Source of the DNA: Dehalococcoidia bacterium
Lineage (GTDB): Bacteria; Chloroflexota; Dehalococcoidia; Lucifugimonadales; SAR202-VII-2
Reading direction: 5' to 3'
DNA length: 64,000 bases
Assembly (NCBI GenBank): GCA_965226745.1
Contig: CBDDDS010000002.1
Coordinates: forward strand, 193,311-257,310
Part shown: positions 33,830 through 42,446 of the stretch, one piece after another
Layout of the letters: each line of letters starts with the position of its first letter
Numbering within the stretch: position 1 is the stretch's first letter
Translations under genes and position numbers: made by a program
Notes under the pieces: model-generated
What the model was told of the DNA's origin: nothing
Database searches by the model: none
What the model saw: only the letters and a program-made list of their open reading frames with translations

Positions 33830-35431
33830 ATGAACCACGACCCGCTGTCCATTCCAGGCGCCCTCGGTCGGACGGCGGCGACCACCCCCACGCTGGTGTT
33901 TCGCAACGCCAACGTCATCACCCTCCATCCCGGACAGCCGGTTGCAACGCAGGTCGCCATCACGGGCGGGCGGATTCGATGGGTGGGCGGCCCGGAGGGC
34001 TTGGGCGCCGCGCCGCCGGCGGCGGGTGCGCGGATCATCGACCTGGGAGGCCGCACGGTCCTGCCGGCCTTCAACGATGCGCACATTCACCTGCTGTCCC
34101 TGGCCGCCATCATTTGGTCCGTCGACTGCGGCCCCGGGCAGGTCAGGTCGATTCGGGATATTCAGCGTCTCATCGCCGGCCAGGCCCGCCGCGCTCGACC
34201 GGGCGAATGGGTGCGGGCCTTCGGGTACGACGAGGCTGCGTTGGGGGAGAGAAGACACCCCAACCGGGCGGACCTGGACGAAGCGTCCTTTGATGTTCCC
34301 GTTAGGCTCATCCACCGCTCGGGTCACGCCTCGGTGCTCAACACCGCGGGCCTCGACCGGGTCGGCCTCCGGTGGGACGCGCCCGACCCTGAGATTGGGT
34401 ATGTCGAGCGCGATCCGCTGACCGGCCACCCCACCGGCTTCCTCGTGGACATGGAGGAGCGACTTGCCGAAGCGGCGCCGAGACCGTCCTACGAGCTGGT
34501 GCGGGACGGTCTGGCTCAGGCCAGCCGTTGCCTGGTGAGCCAGGGCGTCGCGTCAGTGCAGGACGCCACTGTCAAGAACGACGTGGAGCGGTGGAACCTC
34601 CTTCAGCGGGTGAAGGCCGACGGGGTCTTTGCGCCGCACATCACCTTCATGCCGGGCATCAACCACCTTGGGGACTTCGCAGCGCGCGGCCTTGGCTTCG
34701 GCGCTCAGAGCGGCGGCCTCCGCATCGGCCACGCCAAGATTGTTGCAGCGCTGGCCAACGGCGGGGCGCAGCCCAGCGGAGAGGACTTGACGCGGCTGGC
34801 AACGGGGGCGCGGGCGGCGGGGTATCCGGTGGCCATCCACGCAGTCGAGGCTGAGGTCGTCGCGGCGGCTATACGAGCCCTGCGGGACGCCCAAGGCAGG
34901 GACGGCGACTGGAACCTGAGAGACAGAATAGAACACGCCTCGGAGCTTCCGGACGATCTGTTGCCCGCTCTATGGCAATCGAGGATTCAGGTGGTGACTC
35001 AGCCGTCTTTCCTATACTACAGCGGCGACCGCTACCTTGCCGAGATCGCGCCGGCCCGCCGGCCCTGGCTGTACCGCGGCGCCTCCCTCTTTGCCGCAGG
35101 CATCGCGCCGCCCGCCGCCGGTTCCGACGCCCCCGTAGCCCCGGCCAACCCCCTACGCAGCATTTACGCGGCCATCACCCGAAGGTCGCAGAGCGGAGCG
35201 CAACTGTCGCCGGAGGAAGGGGTCGCGCCTCTCCGGGCGGTGGAGATGCATACCCGCCATCCCGCCGCCGCCGCTCACGAGGAGAAGGCGCGGGGCGCCA
35301 TTACGCCCGGAAGGGTCGCGGACCTGGTGGTGTTGGACAGGAATCCACTGGACTGCCCTCCCGACGAGATCCCGGACATACGAGTCCACATGACGATCGT
35401 CGGCGGGCATATTGCCTGGGAGGGCGGCTAG
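33830..35431 (+). CDS. amidohydrolase-3 family metal-dependent hydrolase
   Basis: 533-aa ORF with an N-terminal ...LPAFNDAHIHLL metal-binding HxH and a C-terminal ...GRVADLVVLD. Confidence 0.8.
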   Translation: MNHDPLSIPGALGRTAATTPTLVFRNANVITLHPGQPVATQVAITGGRIRWVGGPEGLGAAPPAAGARIIDLGGRTVLPAFNDAHIHLLSLAAIIWSVDCGPGQVRSIRDIQRLIAGQARRARPGEWVRAFGYDEAALGERRHPNRADLDEASFDVPVRLIHRSGHASVLNTAGLDRVGLRWDAPDPEIGYVERDPLTGHPTGFLVDMEERLAEAAPRPSYELVRDGLAQASRCLVSQGVASVQDATVKNDVERWNLLQRVKADGVFAPHITFMPGINHLGDFAARGLGFGAQSGGLRIGHAKIVAALANGGAQPSGEDLTRLATGARAAGYPVAIHAVEAEVVAAAIRALRDAQGRDGDWNLRDRIEHASELPDDLLPALWQSRIQVVTQPSFLYYSGDRYLAEIAPARRPWLYRGASLFAAGIAPPAAGSDAPVAPANPLRSIYAAITRRSQSGAQLSPEEGVAPLRAVEMHTRHPAAAAHEEKARGAITPGRVADLVVLDRNPLDCPPDEIPDIRVHMTIVGGHIAWEGG

Positions 35432-35434
35432 GGC

Positions 35435-35938
35435 CTGTTCACGCTAATACACCGAATTGCGTTGTCAATGGAGGACTGTACAACGACAAATGCGCCTCCA
35501 CTGTCCATTATGGAGCTTTCGTCCCGCCGCGCGGGGTACAGGGGCGACTCTATCCCTTCCTCCGAGTACGGGGGCAGGTTAGGAAGCGTCTGGACGCGCC
35601 AAGGAGAGAAAGCGACGCCCCTTTCGTTCCTCAAGCGGGGGCCGGAGGTGTCTCTGTCCCTGCCCCCGAGTACGGGGGCAGGCTAGGAAGGGGGTTTCTC
35701 CCCCTGTTCTGGAAAACGTCGGAGGGCGGAGCGGGCGGGATAGCGGCGCAGGCCAAGACAGACCCTCCGCTGAAGGAGGGCGCAGGCGACAACAAGACCA
35801 TCCGTTCAGAGAGGGCCCAGGGCCACCCAAGGTTCCCGCCCGTCTATAGCGCCAACCCGTTTTCATCAACCTTATCTGGCCTGACAAAGCCTCTGTCCTA
35901 CCGGGCCAAGGCCGGTAATCCAACCCCCTAGTGTGAAC
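35435..35938. repeat. 504-bp composite repeat (E4-H2 remnant-H3-H3-H2 part-M6-E5) filling a convergent intergenic gap
   Basis: The left end is CTAGGGCCTGTTCACGCT. The right end, reverse-complemented, is CTAGGGCATGTTCACACT (16/18 identical). The internal modules are homologous to 12457..12642, 14859..15008, 15819..16020 and 38783..39012. Confidence 0.8.
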
Positions 35939-35943
35939 ATGCC

Positions 35944-36918
35944 CTAGACGCGCCGCTGGACGGCGTACTGGGCAAGGCCCGCCATACAGCGGCGGGTCTC
36001 GTTGTCCGGCAGAAGGTCAAGGGCGGCCATAGCCTTGGCGGAGAACTCTCCCGCAACACCGAAGGAGTCTCGCATGATGGGCGACTCGCGGATGAGGGCC
36101 ACAGCCCGTTCCAGGTTGAGGTCGGGCTCGGTCCCCTGGAACAACGCCTCGATGGGATTGTCTTTGGGTTGCCTCTCCAGCAGCAGTATAGCCGGAAGCG
36201 TGAGGGTTCCCTGCAACAGGTCGCTGCCCACGGGCTTGCCAACCTCTTCGGCGTCCCCCTCGATGTCCAGGATGTCGTCCATAACCTGAAAGGCCATGCC
36301 CAAGTTGTACCCGTACTCCCTCATTGCCTGCACCACGTCTTCCCCTGCCCCGCTGAGCACAGCGCCGGACTCGGTGGCGGTCTTGAACAGGGAGGCGGTC
36401 TTGCGATAGGTGCGCTCCAGGTACTGCTCCCGCGTCACTGTCCAGTCCCTGGCCGCCATGTACTCCATCAGCTCGCCGGAGGATAGCTCCATGATGGTCT
36501 CGGCGAAGCGGCGGATGACCCGGACGTTCCCTGTGTCGCACACGCAGGTGGCCGAGAGGGCAAAGACGTAGTCGCCCACGAGAACGGCGACTTTTTCTCC
36601 CCAGAGGCTATGGATTGTCGCCTTGCCCCGCCGCAGAGAAGACCTGTCCACAGTGTCGTCGTGAATCAGGGTGGCGATGTGCAAGAGCTCGACGGCCCGG
36701 GCCATCAGCAGCGGGTTGTGACGGCCCTCGGGGCCGAAATGGGAAGCCAGCATGGTCACCGCCGGCCTGATGACCTTCCCTGGAGTGTCCAGAACGTGGT
36801 CGAGCATGTCCGCCAGGACCGGGTAGTTGGCCTCCACGGCCAGGTCTTTGAGGCCCTGCTTGACCCTTGCCAGATCGTCCAGCACCGGTGCGTAGAGAGA
36901 GAGCAGTTGCGTTGTCAT
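35944..36918 (-). CDS. polyprenyl diphosphate synthase
   Basis: First DDxxD (LIHDDTVD) and second (FQVMDDILD) aspartate-rich motifs are present. Coordinates are from the track. Confidence 0.85.
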   Translation of the reverse strand: MTTQLLSLYAPVLDDLARVKQGLKDLAVEANYPVLADMLDHVLDTPGKVIRPAVTMLASHFGPEGRHNPLLMARAVELLHIATLIHDDTVDRSSLRRGKATIHSLWGEKVAVLVGDYVFALSATCVCDTGNVRVIRRFAETIMELSSGELMEYMAARDWTVTREQYLERTYRKTASLFKTATESGAVLSGAGEDVVQAMREYGYNLGMAFQVMDDILDIEGDAEEVGKPVGSDLLQGTLTLPAILLLERQPKDNPIEALFQGTEPDLNLERAVALIRESPIMRDSFGVAGEFSAKAMAALDLLPDNETRRCMAGLAQYAVQRRV

Positions 36919-36937
36919 AGCAGATTCGTCTTTGCGG

Positions 36938-38608
36938 TCAACGCCCGGAGTACAGGCGCTGCTCCTCCTGATGAATGACGTCGTCCTCCAACTTGGTAAA
37001 CAGGGGCTCGGGACTCTGCATGGGCTGGCCGGCCGGGACCTCGCGATACGCCCATCCCCCCTCCGAGGCCCCGTCGGAGAAGCCCACCATCTGGCGAATT
37101 CTATCTCCGCTGAACGGCAAGAACGGCCAAGCCAGCGTGCTGAGCGCGCCGATGACGTTGACGGCTACCCACAAACTTGTCGCGGCCCGCGGCCTGTCCA
37201 CCTTGATCGCCTTCCAGGGCGCCGCGCCGTCCAGATAGCGGTTGGCCTCTTGGCACAGGACCATGATGAGCCGCAAGGCGTCGCGGAAATGGCAGGCAGA
37301 CAGCTCCCCGCCCACGTCGGCAAAGGCGGCTCGCGCCTTGTCCAGGAGGTCGGAGTCCCTCTGTTCCAGGCTGCCCGGCTCGGGGACCCGCCCGTCGAAG
37401 TTGCGGTGGGTGAAGGAGAGAACCCGGTGCACCAGGTTTCCAAACGTGGCCACGAGTTCATCGTTGTTGCGCCGCTGGAACTCCCGCCAGGAAAAGGACG
37501 AGTCGCTGGTTTCCGGCATGTGGGCCGAGAGGTAGTAGCGCAGGGGGTCGGGGTCGAAGCGCTCCAGGTAATCGGGAACCCAGACGGCCCAGTTGCGGCT
37601 TGTGGAGAGCTGGCTGCCCTCGATGGTGAGGAACTCGTTGGCGGGGACGTCGTAGGGCAGGTTGAGATGCTCATAGCCCATCAACATGGCCGGCCAGATG
37701 ATGGTGTGGAACGGTATGTTGTCCTTGCCGATGAAGTAGTGGGGCCGGCACGAAGGGTCCTTCCAAAAGGCCTCCCAGGCATCCGGGTCGCCTCGAAGTT
37801 TTGCCCATTCCTTCGACGCCGACAGATACCCTATAACCGCCTCGAACCACACGTAGACCCGCTTGGAGTCCTGCCCGTCCACGGGGAGCGGCACGCCCCA
37901 CGAAATGTCGCGCGATATGGGCCGGTCCTTCAACTCCCCCTCGAGGAAGCTGACCGTGAAGTTGCGCACGTTGGGCCGCCACCGGTCCTGCGGTTTGACC
38001 CAATTGAGCAACGCCTCTCTGAAGGCGCTGAGCTTGAAGAAGAAGTGCTCCGACTCTCGTATCTCCGGCGAGGCGCCGCAGAGCCTGCATCGGAGGTCCT
38101 GCATTTCCTGCGGCTCCAGGGTGCGGCCGCAGTTGTCGCACTGATCGCCTCGCGCCTTGTCGAAGGCGCAGTGGGGGCATGTTCCCTCAACGTAGCGGTC
38201 GGGAAGGAAGCGCCTATCGACATGGCAATAGGGCAGCGGCATGACCGCCGTATAGATGAACCCCTTTTCATCCAGCGTGCGCCAGATGTCGTGGACGACT
38301 TCTCGGTGATTGGTTGTGGAGGTAGACGTGAAGAGGTCCCACTGGATGCCCAGTCCCTCCCACGATTGCATGAAGCTATCGTGGTAACGGGCCAGCAGCT
38401 CTTCCGGGGCGACGCCCTCTTGCTCCGCCCGCAGGGTGATGGGCGTACCGTGGGCGTCCGAGCCGGACACCATGAGCACGTCGTTTCCTTTGAGACGATG
38501 ATAGCGGGCGAAGATGTCGGCGGGAAGATAGCAGCCGGCGATGTGCCCCAAGTGGAGGTGGCCGTTGGCGTAGGGCCAAGCCACTGCTACGAGTATGCGT
38601 TCAGCCAT
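36938..38608 (-). CDS. metG: methionine--tRNA ligase
   Basis: The start is ATG 38608 (MAERILVAVAWPYANGHLHLGH, the HIGH motif). Zinc knuckles CPHC...CDNC and KMSTS-like SQLSTS are also present. The track ORF extends to 38752. Confidence 0.9.
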   Translation of the reverse strand: MAERILVAVAWPYANGHLHLGHIAGCYLPADIFARYHRLKGNDVLMVSGSDAHGTPITLRAEQEGVAPEELLARYHDSFMQSWEGLGIQWDLFTSTSTTNHREVVHDIWRTLDEKGFIYTAVMPLPYCHVDRRFLPDRYVEGTCPHCAFDKARGDQCDNCGRTLEPQEMQDLRCRLCGASPEIRESEHFFFKLSAFREALLNWVKPQDRWRPNVRNFTVSFLEGELKDRPISRDISWGVPLPVDGQDSKRVYVWFEAVIGYLSASKEWAKLRGDPDAWEAFWKDPSCRPHYFIGKDNIPFHTIIWPAMLMGYEHLNLPYDVPANEFLTIEGSQLSTSRNWAVWVPDYLERFDPDPLRYYLSAHMPETSDSSFSWREFQRRNNDELVATFGNLVHRVLSFTHRNFDGRVPEPGSLEQRDSDLLDKARAAFADVGGELSACHFRDALRLIMVLCQEANRYLDGAAPWKAIKVDRPRAATSLWVAVNVIGALSTLAWPFLPFSGDRIRQMVGFSDGASEGGWAYREVPAGQPMQSPEPLFTKLEDDVIHQEEQRLYSGR

Positions 38609-38644
38609 AGAGGGGAGGCGGCGCCAGGTTAAGAGGGATGCCTC

Positions 38645-38655
38645 ATTGTAGCACA
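38645..38655 (-). promoter_or_regulatory. extended -10 promoter candidate for metG
   Basis: The minus strand reads TGTGCTACAAT about 37 nt upstream of the metG ATG. Confidence 0.35.
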
Positions 38656-38782
38656 GGGCCGGTGAAAGCATCAGGCCGCTTATGCTCTCGGGACTCGAGA
38701 CTCTTGCATTACCTGTATCACGCGCAAATGGCTCCATGCTTACCGACGACACCTCGCGTCACCTGGCGGTGTGCGACTCTGT

Positions 38783-38810
38783 CCCTGCCCCCGACTACAG
38801 GGCAGCCTGG
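38783..38810. repeat. REP-like H3 hairpin copy
   Basis: CCCTGCCCCCGACTACAGGGCAGCCTGG. Confidence 0.55.
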
Positions 38811-38849
38811 GAAGCGCCCAGACGCGCCAACGCAAGCTCGCCCCCGTCT

Positions 38850-38950
38850 CCCAAGCGGTGTGCAGGGGGCGCAGCCCCCGCCGGGGGTACAGCGTGTACC
38901 CCTGTACCCAGAAACGTCGGAGGGTGGGCAGGTGGGACAACGGCGCAGGC
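38850..38950 (-). repeat. double-hairpin module H2 (inverted copy)
   Basis: GGGGGCgcaGCCCCC and GGGGTACAgcgTGTACCCC. Colinear with the reverse complement of 12457..12555. Confidence 0.75.
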
Positions 38951-39012
38951 CAAAGCAGACCCTCCGCCGAAGGAGGGCGCAAGCCAAAACAAATCCATCC
39001 GCCCAGGTTATG
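38951..39012 (-). repeat. partial linker module M6
   Basis: CAGACCCTCCgccgaaGGAGGGCGCAAGCC... is homologous to 35757..35800. Confidence 0.6.
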
Positions 39013-39023
39013 CCCCACCCCCC

Positions 39024-39052
39024 TTGCAAAATACGAACTATTGTGCTACGGT
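39024..39052 (+). promoter_or_regulatory. promoter-like motif at the distal end of copy B
   Basis: TTGCAA, a 17-nt spacer, then tgtgcTACGGT. It is orthologous to 12366..12394 and points through the element toward the ABC operon. Confidence 0.35.
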
Positions 39053-39250
39053 ACCCCCATGAAGTGGGCCACCGGCCCGCTTCTCTTTCTCGGAGCCTGC
39101 CGCATATGTTCGGACAGGGGGATTCTCTGTGGACTCCCCCTGTGGCAGGGGCGCTGAGGGAACAACCCAAGGGGCAAGACCCTCCGAGGAAGGCTGGGAC
39201 CGGAGCGAATGCCGTTGTAAAGCACAGGCTCTTTGGAGCCATCCCGCTCC

Positions 39251-39349
39251 GTAACGACTCGTAACGACTCGTAACAACTAGGTAACGGTTCGTAACGGCT
39301 CCGTAACGACTCGTAACAGCTTTGTAACGGCCTGTAACGCCTTTGTAAT
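39251..39349. repeat. phased tandem array, 10 cores (GTAAC x9, GTAAT x1 on the + strand)
   Basis: Core starts are 39251, 39261, 39271, 39282, 39292, 39303, 39313, 39324, 39334 and 39345. The intervals are 10,10,11,10,11,10,11,10,11 bp. Confidence 0.85.
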
Positions 39350-39515
39350 GGCTCCGTGCCTGCAAACCCCGAAATCTGGCTGACAAGCGTTACAAAGCCT
39401 CGCTCACCGTCCGGAAGTCTTACCTGTTGTCACATGGAGGTGCTATAGATTACCGCTCCCGTTCCCGCCGCTTTAGCCCTTGGTGCGCCCACCGGCTCTC
39501 GCCTGCTCTGCGCTC

Positions 39516-39526
39516 TGTGCTAGACT
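39516..39526 (+). promoter_or_regulatory. extended -10 promoter candidate for the ABC operon
   Basis: TGTGCTAGACT lies 53 nt upstream of ATG 39579. Confidence 0.3.
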
Positions 39527-39578
39527 CGCTCATGGCCTCAGAGCCATCGGCTGCGCCGGCCGGAGACAGCGGCCAGCG

Positions 39579-40508
39579 ATGGAGTCCAGCGCATTGAGCC
39601 TCCAGGGCCCCATAAACCAGGTCTCAGCGCGCGACCTCTGGAAGTCGTTTGACGAGCGTCCAGTGGTCCAGGGCGTATCCTTCGACGTCCCGCAGGGGCG
39701 GATTCTGGGCCTCGTGGGACCAAACGGGGCCGGCAAGACCACCACCATCCGCATGCTGCTGGACATCCTGCGCCCGGACCGCGGAGAGGTGACGGTCTTC
39801 GGCCAGCCCATCACTGAGGCCACCAAGGAGCAGATAGGCTACCTGCCGGAGGAGCGCGGCCTCTACCAAGGCCAACGGGTCGCCGACACCCTGACGTATC
39901 TTGGGGAACTTAAGGGCCTCTCCCGGCGCGCCGCAGCCGCGAACGCCCAGGCCCTCCTCGAGCGGCTGGGGATGGCGCCCCATGGAAGGAAGAAGGTCAA
40001 GGAACTCAGCCGAGGAATGGCCCAACTCATTCAGGTAGCGGCGATGCTGGTTCACCAACCGGCGCTGGTGGTGCTGGACGAGCCCTTCTCGGCGCTGGAC
40101 CCGGTGAACGTGCGTCTGCTAAAGGAAATCATCGCCGAGGCCCGCGCTAGGGGGGCAGCCCTTGTCCTCTCCACCCACCAGATGAACCAGGTGGAGGAGC
40201 TCTGCGACCGCGTGGTGATGATTGACCAAGGCCGGGTGGTGCTCTCCGGAGACCTGGCGGACATCAAGCAACGTTACCGGAGCAACAACGTGATGGTGGC
40301 CTGCAGCCCCTGGCCCGAAGACCTTCAGGGCGTCAGCCGCGTCCGCCGGGAGGGCGACTCCCGCGTCATGGCCCTCGATCCCGGCATCACTCCAGAGGAA
40401 GTCCTTCGGCAGCTCCTGGACCGCGGCGCCTCCATCGACCGGTTTGAGGTTGGGACGCCAAGCATGGAGGAGATCTTCGTGACGGTGGTGCGAGGGCGCG
40501 TTGCGTAA
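39579..40508 (+). CDS. ABC transporter ATP-binding protein
   Basis: Start ATG 39579 (MESSALS...). Walker A GPNGAGKTT and Walker B LVVLDEPFSALD are present. The track ORF starts at 39480. Confidence 0.85.
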   Translation: MESSALSLQGPINQVSARDLWKSFDERPVVQGVSFDVPQGRILGLVGPNGAGKTTTIRMLLDILRPDRGEVTVFGQPITEATKEQIGYLPEERGLYQGQRVADTLTYLGELKGLSRRAAAANAQALLERLGMAPHGRKKVKELSRGMAQLIQVAAMLVHQPALVVLDEPFSALDPVNVRLLKEIIAEARARGAALVLSTHQMNQVEELCDRVVMIDQGRVVLSGDLADIKQRYRSNNVMVACSPWPEDLQGVSRVRREGDSRVMALDPGITPEEVLRQLLDRGASIDRFEVGTPSMEEIFVTVVRGRVA

Positions 40509-41709
40509 GACGCTTGTGGTCCTGAGGCGAGAGTTCAGCGTGACCGTTCAGCGGACCAGCTTCCGCGTGTTGACGCTGGGGATCCCGGCGCTTGCGCTAC
40601 TTGCTGTGGCCGCGCTCCTGATATTCCAGGCAGTGCGCGACCCGTCCTCCCACGACCAAACCGCAAACGTGGGCTATATCGACCGCTCGGGACTGTTGAC
40701 GGCATTCCAAGACCAGGGAGAAGTGATTTTTCTGCCTTTCCAAGAGGAGGATGCAGGCATCCAGTCTTTGCTAGTGGGTGAGATCTCGGCCCTCTACGTC
40801 ATTCCCGAAGCGTACTTGGAGACGGGCCAGGTCGTCAGCGTCGCACCGGAGCGGGCTGGACTGGACTTTGGCCGTGGAGACTACGGTCCGCTGGAGCGGT
40901 TCTTGCTGGACAACATCCTGGAGGGACAGGTCTCCGAAGAACGGCGGCAGCGGGTGCTCAGGCCCATTATTGCCACCATGATTGAGGTGGACGAGCAGGG
41001 TCTTCCGGTTGAAGACACCCGGGATTACGGCCACCTTCCCTTCTTCATAGCCTTTGCCTTGCTCATCGTAGTATCCATACTGGGGGCTTCCGGGTATCTC
41101 CTCCAGGGGCTGAACGAGGAGAAAGAGAACAGGATCATGGAAGTGCTGCTGTCGTCGGTGACGCCGGAGAAGCTCATGCTGGGGAAGCTGGCGGGGTTGG
41201 CGCAGATGGGCGTCTGGGCAGGGGCAGGGGTGGCCGTTTTCTTTGCTCTTCGGATCGGGCCGGTGGACCTGCCCGGCCTGAGCCTTCCCCCGGTGCCCCT
41301 CATACTGGTGGCGCTGCTGTACTTCGTCCTCAGCTATGCTTTCATCGGAGCGTTGATGGCGGGGCTGGGCGCTGTCACCACTTCTCAGCGGGAAGCCGGA
41401 CAGATCACCTTCGTTTTCGTCCTGCCCATCGTGGCGCCGATGTGGTTCTTCTCTCTCCTGCTGGAAAACCCCAACGGGATCGCAGGGCAAATCCTCTCGC
41501 TCATCCCCTTCACGGCGCCGCTGACCGGCCTCATCCGGCTGTCTGTGAACGCCATGAGCCCCGTTGACATAGCTGCCAGCCTCGGCGTACTGGCAATTGC
41601 GGTTGGCTTGGCCGTCCTGATGGCTACCCGCCTCTTCCGCGCCTATCTGTTGATGTACGGACAGAGACCCAAGCTCAAGCAGATCGCGCGCACGCTCGCT
41701 TTCGGGTAG
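40501..41709 (+). CDS. ABC-2 family transporter permease
   Basis: 402-aa ORF with one N-terminal TM, a large loop and a C-terminal multi-TM block. The TTG start overlaps the ATPase stop. Confidence 0.8.
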   Translation: MRKTLVVLRREFSVTVQRTSFRVLTLGIPALALLAVAALLIFQAVRDPSSHDQTANVGYIDRSGLLTAFQDQGEVIFLPFQEEDAGIQSLLVGEISALYVIPEAYLETGQVVSVAPERAGLDFGRGDYGPLERFLLDNILEGQVSEERRQRVLRPIIATMIEVDEQGLPVEDTRDYGHLPFFIAFALLIVVSILGASGYLLQGLNEEKENRIMEVLLSSVTPEKLMLGKLAGLAQMGVWAGAGVAVFFALRIGPVDLPGLSLPPVPLILVALLYFVLSYAFIGALMAGLGAVTTSQREAGQITFVFVLPIVAPMWFFSLLLENPNGIAGQILSLIPFTAPLTGLIRLSVNAMSPVDIAASLGVLAIAVGLAVLMATRLFRAYLLMYGQRPKLKQIARTLAFG

Positions 41710-41736
41710 GCGGCGTTGCCAGCCGGAGTATGCGCC

Positions 41737-42414
41737 CTACCCTAACGGAGGCAGCGCTCCCCTCATCCAGGAAACCAAGTCGCTTAGCGCGTCGTGGCTG
41801 ATCTCGTGCCCCATCGCGTATTCGTGGTATGCGGGCGCGTATCCGGCGCCCTCCAGGTAGTGTTTGATGCCCCGGGCTTCTTCGATGGCAATGAGAGGAT
41901 CGTGATGGCCGTGGGAAACGAAGATGGATTGCGCTCGCGATACCGGAAGCCGGTCGTCCAGAACGCGGGGCTCCTGCAACGACGGGCTGAGGGCGCCCAG
42001 GCCAGCGAAGACGTCAGGACGCCCAATGCCGCATCGAAGCGTCATCCCGCCGCCTTGGGAGAACCCAATCAGCAGCGCTCCGGCCGAGCTTCCGAACTCG
42101 CCGAACGCCTCCTGAAAGAAGCCGTCCAACAACCGCTCGGACTCCCGTATTTCCCCGGCGGCGGAGTCGCTGCGAGGCGTATACCAGCCAAATCCAGCCT
42201 GCCCCATACCGACGTCAAAGGAGATCGGCGCGTTAGGACAGAGGTAGACGTAGCCGGTGGCGCTGATTGCCGGCGCCAGGCCCGCGAGGTCGCGCATGTT
42301 GGCCCCGAACCCGTGCAGCAGAATGACAAAGGGATAGGGAAGGGAGGAATCGTAGCCGTCGGGCAGGATCACAAGGTGTTGGAGTGGTCCACCCTGCCGC
42401 TGCTCTGCTTTCAC
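41737..42414 (-). CDS. alpha/beta hydrolase (phospholipase/carboxylesterase family)
   Basis: FVILLHGFGAN..., the GFSQGG nucleophile elbow, and a C-terminal H (GHEI). Confidence 0.8.
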   Translation of the reverse strand: MKAEQRQGGPLQHLVILPDGYDSSLPYPFVILLHGFGANMRDLAGLAPAISATGYVYLCPNAPISFDVGMGQAGFGWYTPRSDSAAGEIRESERLLDGFFQEAFGEFGSSAGALLIGFSQGGGMTLRCGIGRPDVFAGLGALSPSLQEPRVLDDRLPVSRAQSIFVSHGHHDPLIAIEEARGIKHYLEGAGYAPAYHEYAMGHEISHDALSDLVSWMRGALPPLG

Positions 42415-42446
42415 GAACGCCTCACTGCCGCCGGCGCCTGTATGGG

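Larger units (their letters stand above)
39013..39485 (-). repeat. GTWAC-array element, copy B (inverted relative to copy A)
   Basis: Its reverse complement aligns with 11945..12404. The only ORF (38718..39386) is a translated tandem repeat. Confidence 0.85.

Noticed and set aside
35700-36181. A one-base disagreement between my reading of the printed sequence and the ORF-track translations. I read CCCC where the track implies CCCCC near 35700, and CAGCCAGCAG where the track implies CAGCAGCAG near 36180. Taken at face value this would frameshift the polyprenyl synthase gene.
   Set aside because: Both discrepancies fall exactly at line breaks and cancel each other out. The track shows an intact 324-aa synthase with both DDxxD motifs. 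I treat this as my own reading error and not as biology. Coordinates inside this interval may be off by 1.
36932-38632. Long ORFs antisense to real genes. Examples are 36932..38632, 9549..10883, 16993..17931, 21842..23119, 42384..43802, 44184..45569, 60220..61458 and 33803..34429.
   Set aside because: These are typical high-GC shadow ORFs. Their composition is Arg/Gly/Pro/Ala-rich and they carry no recognisable motifs. Each overlaps a strongly supported gene on the other strand.
38718-39386. The 222-aa ORF with VTGRYKAVTSRYGAVTNRY-type repeats considered as a repeat protein.
   Set aside because: The periodicity is just the 10-11 bp DNA repeat being translated, so the frame drifts. There is no start context. 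The homologous copy A is broken by stops, and the rest of the ORF runs through GC hairpin repeats.
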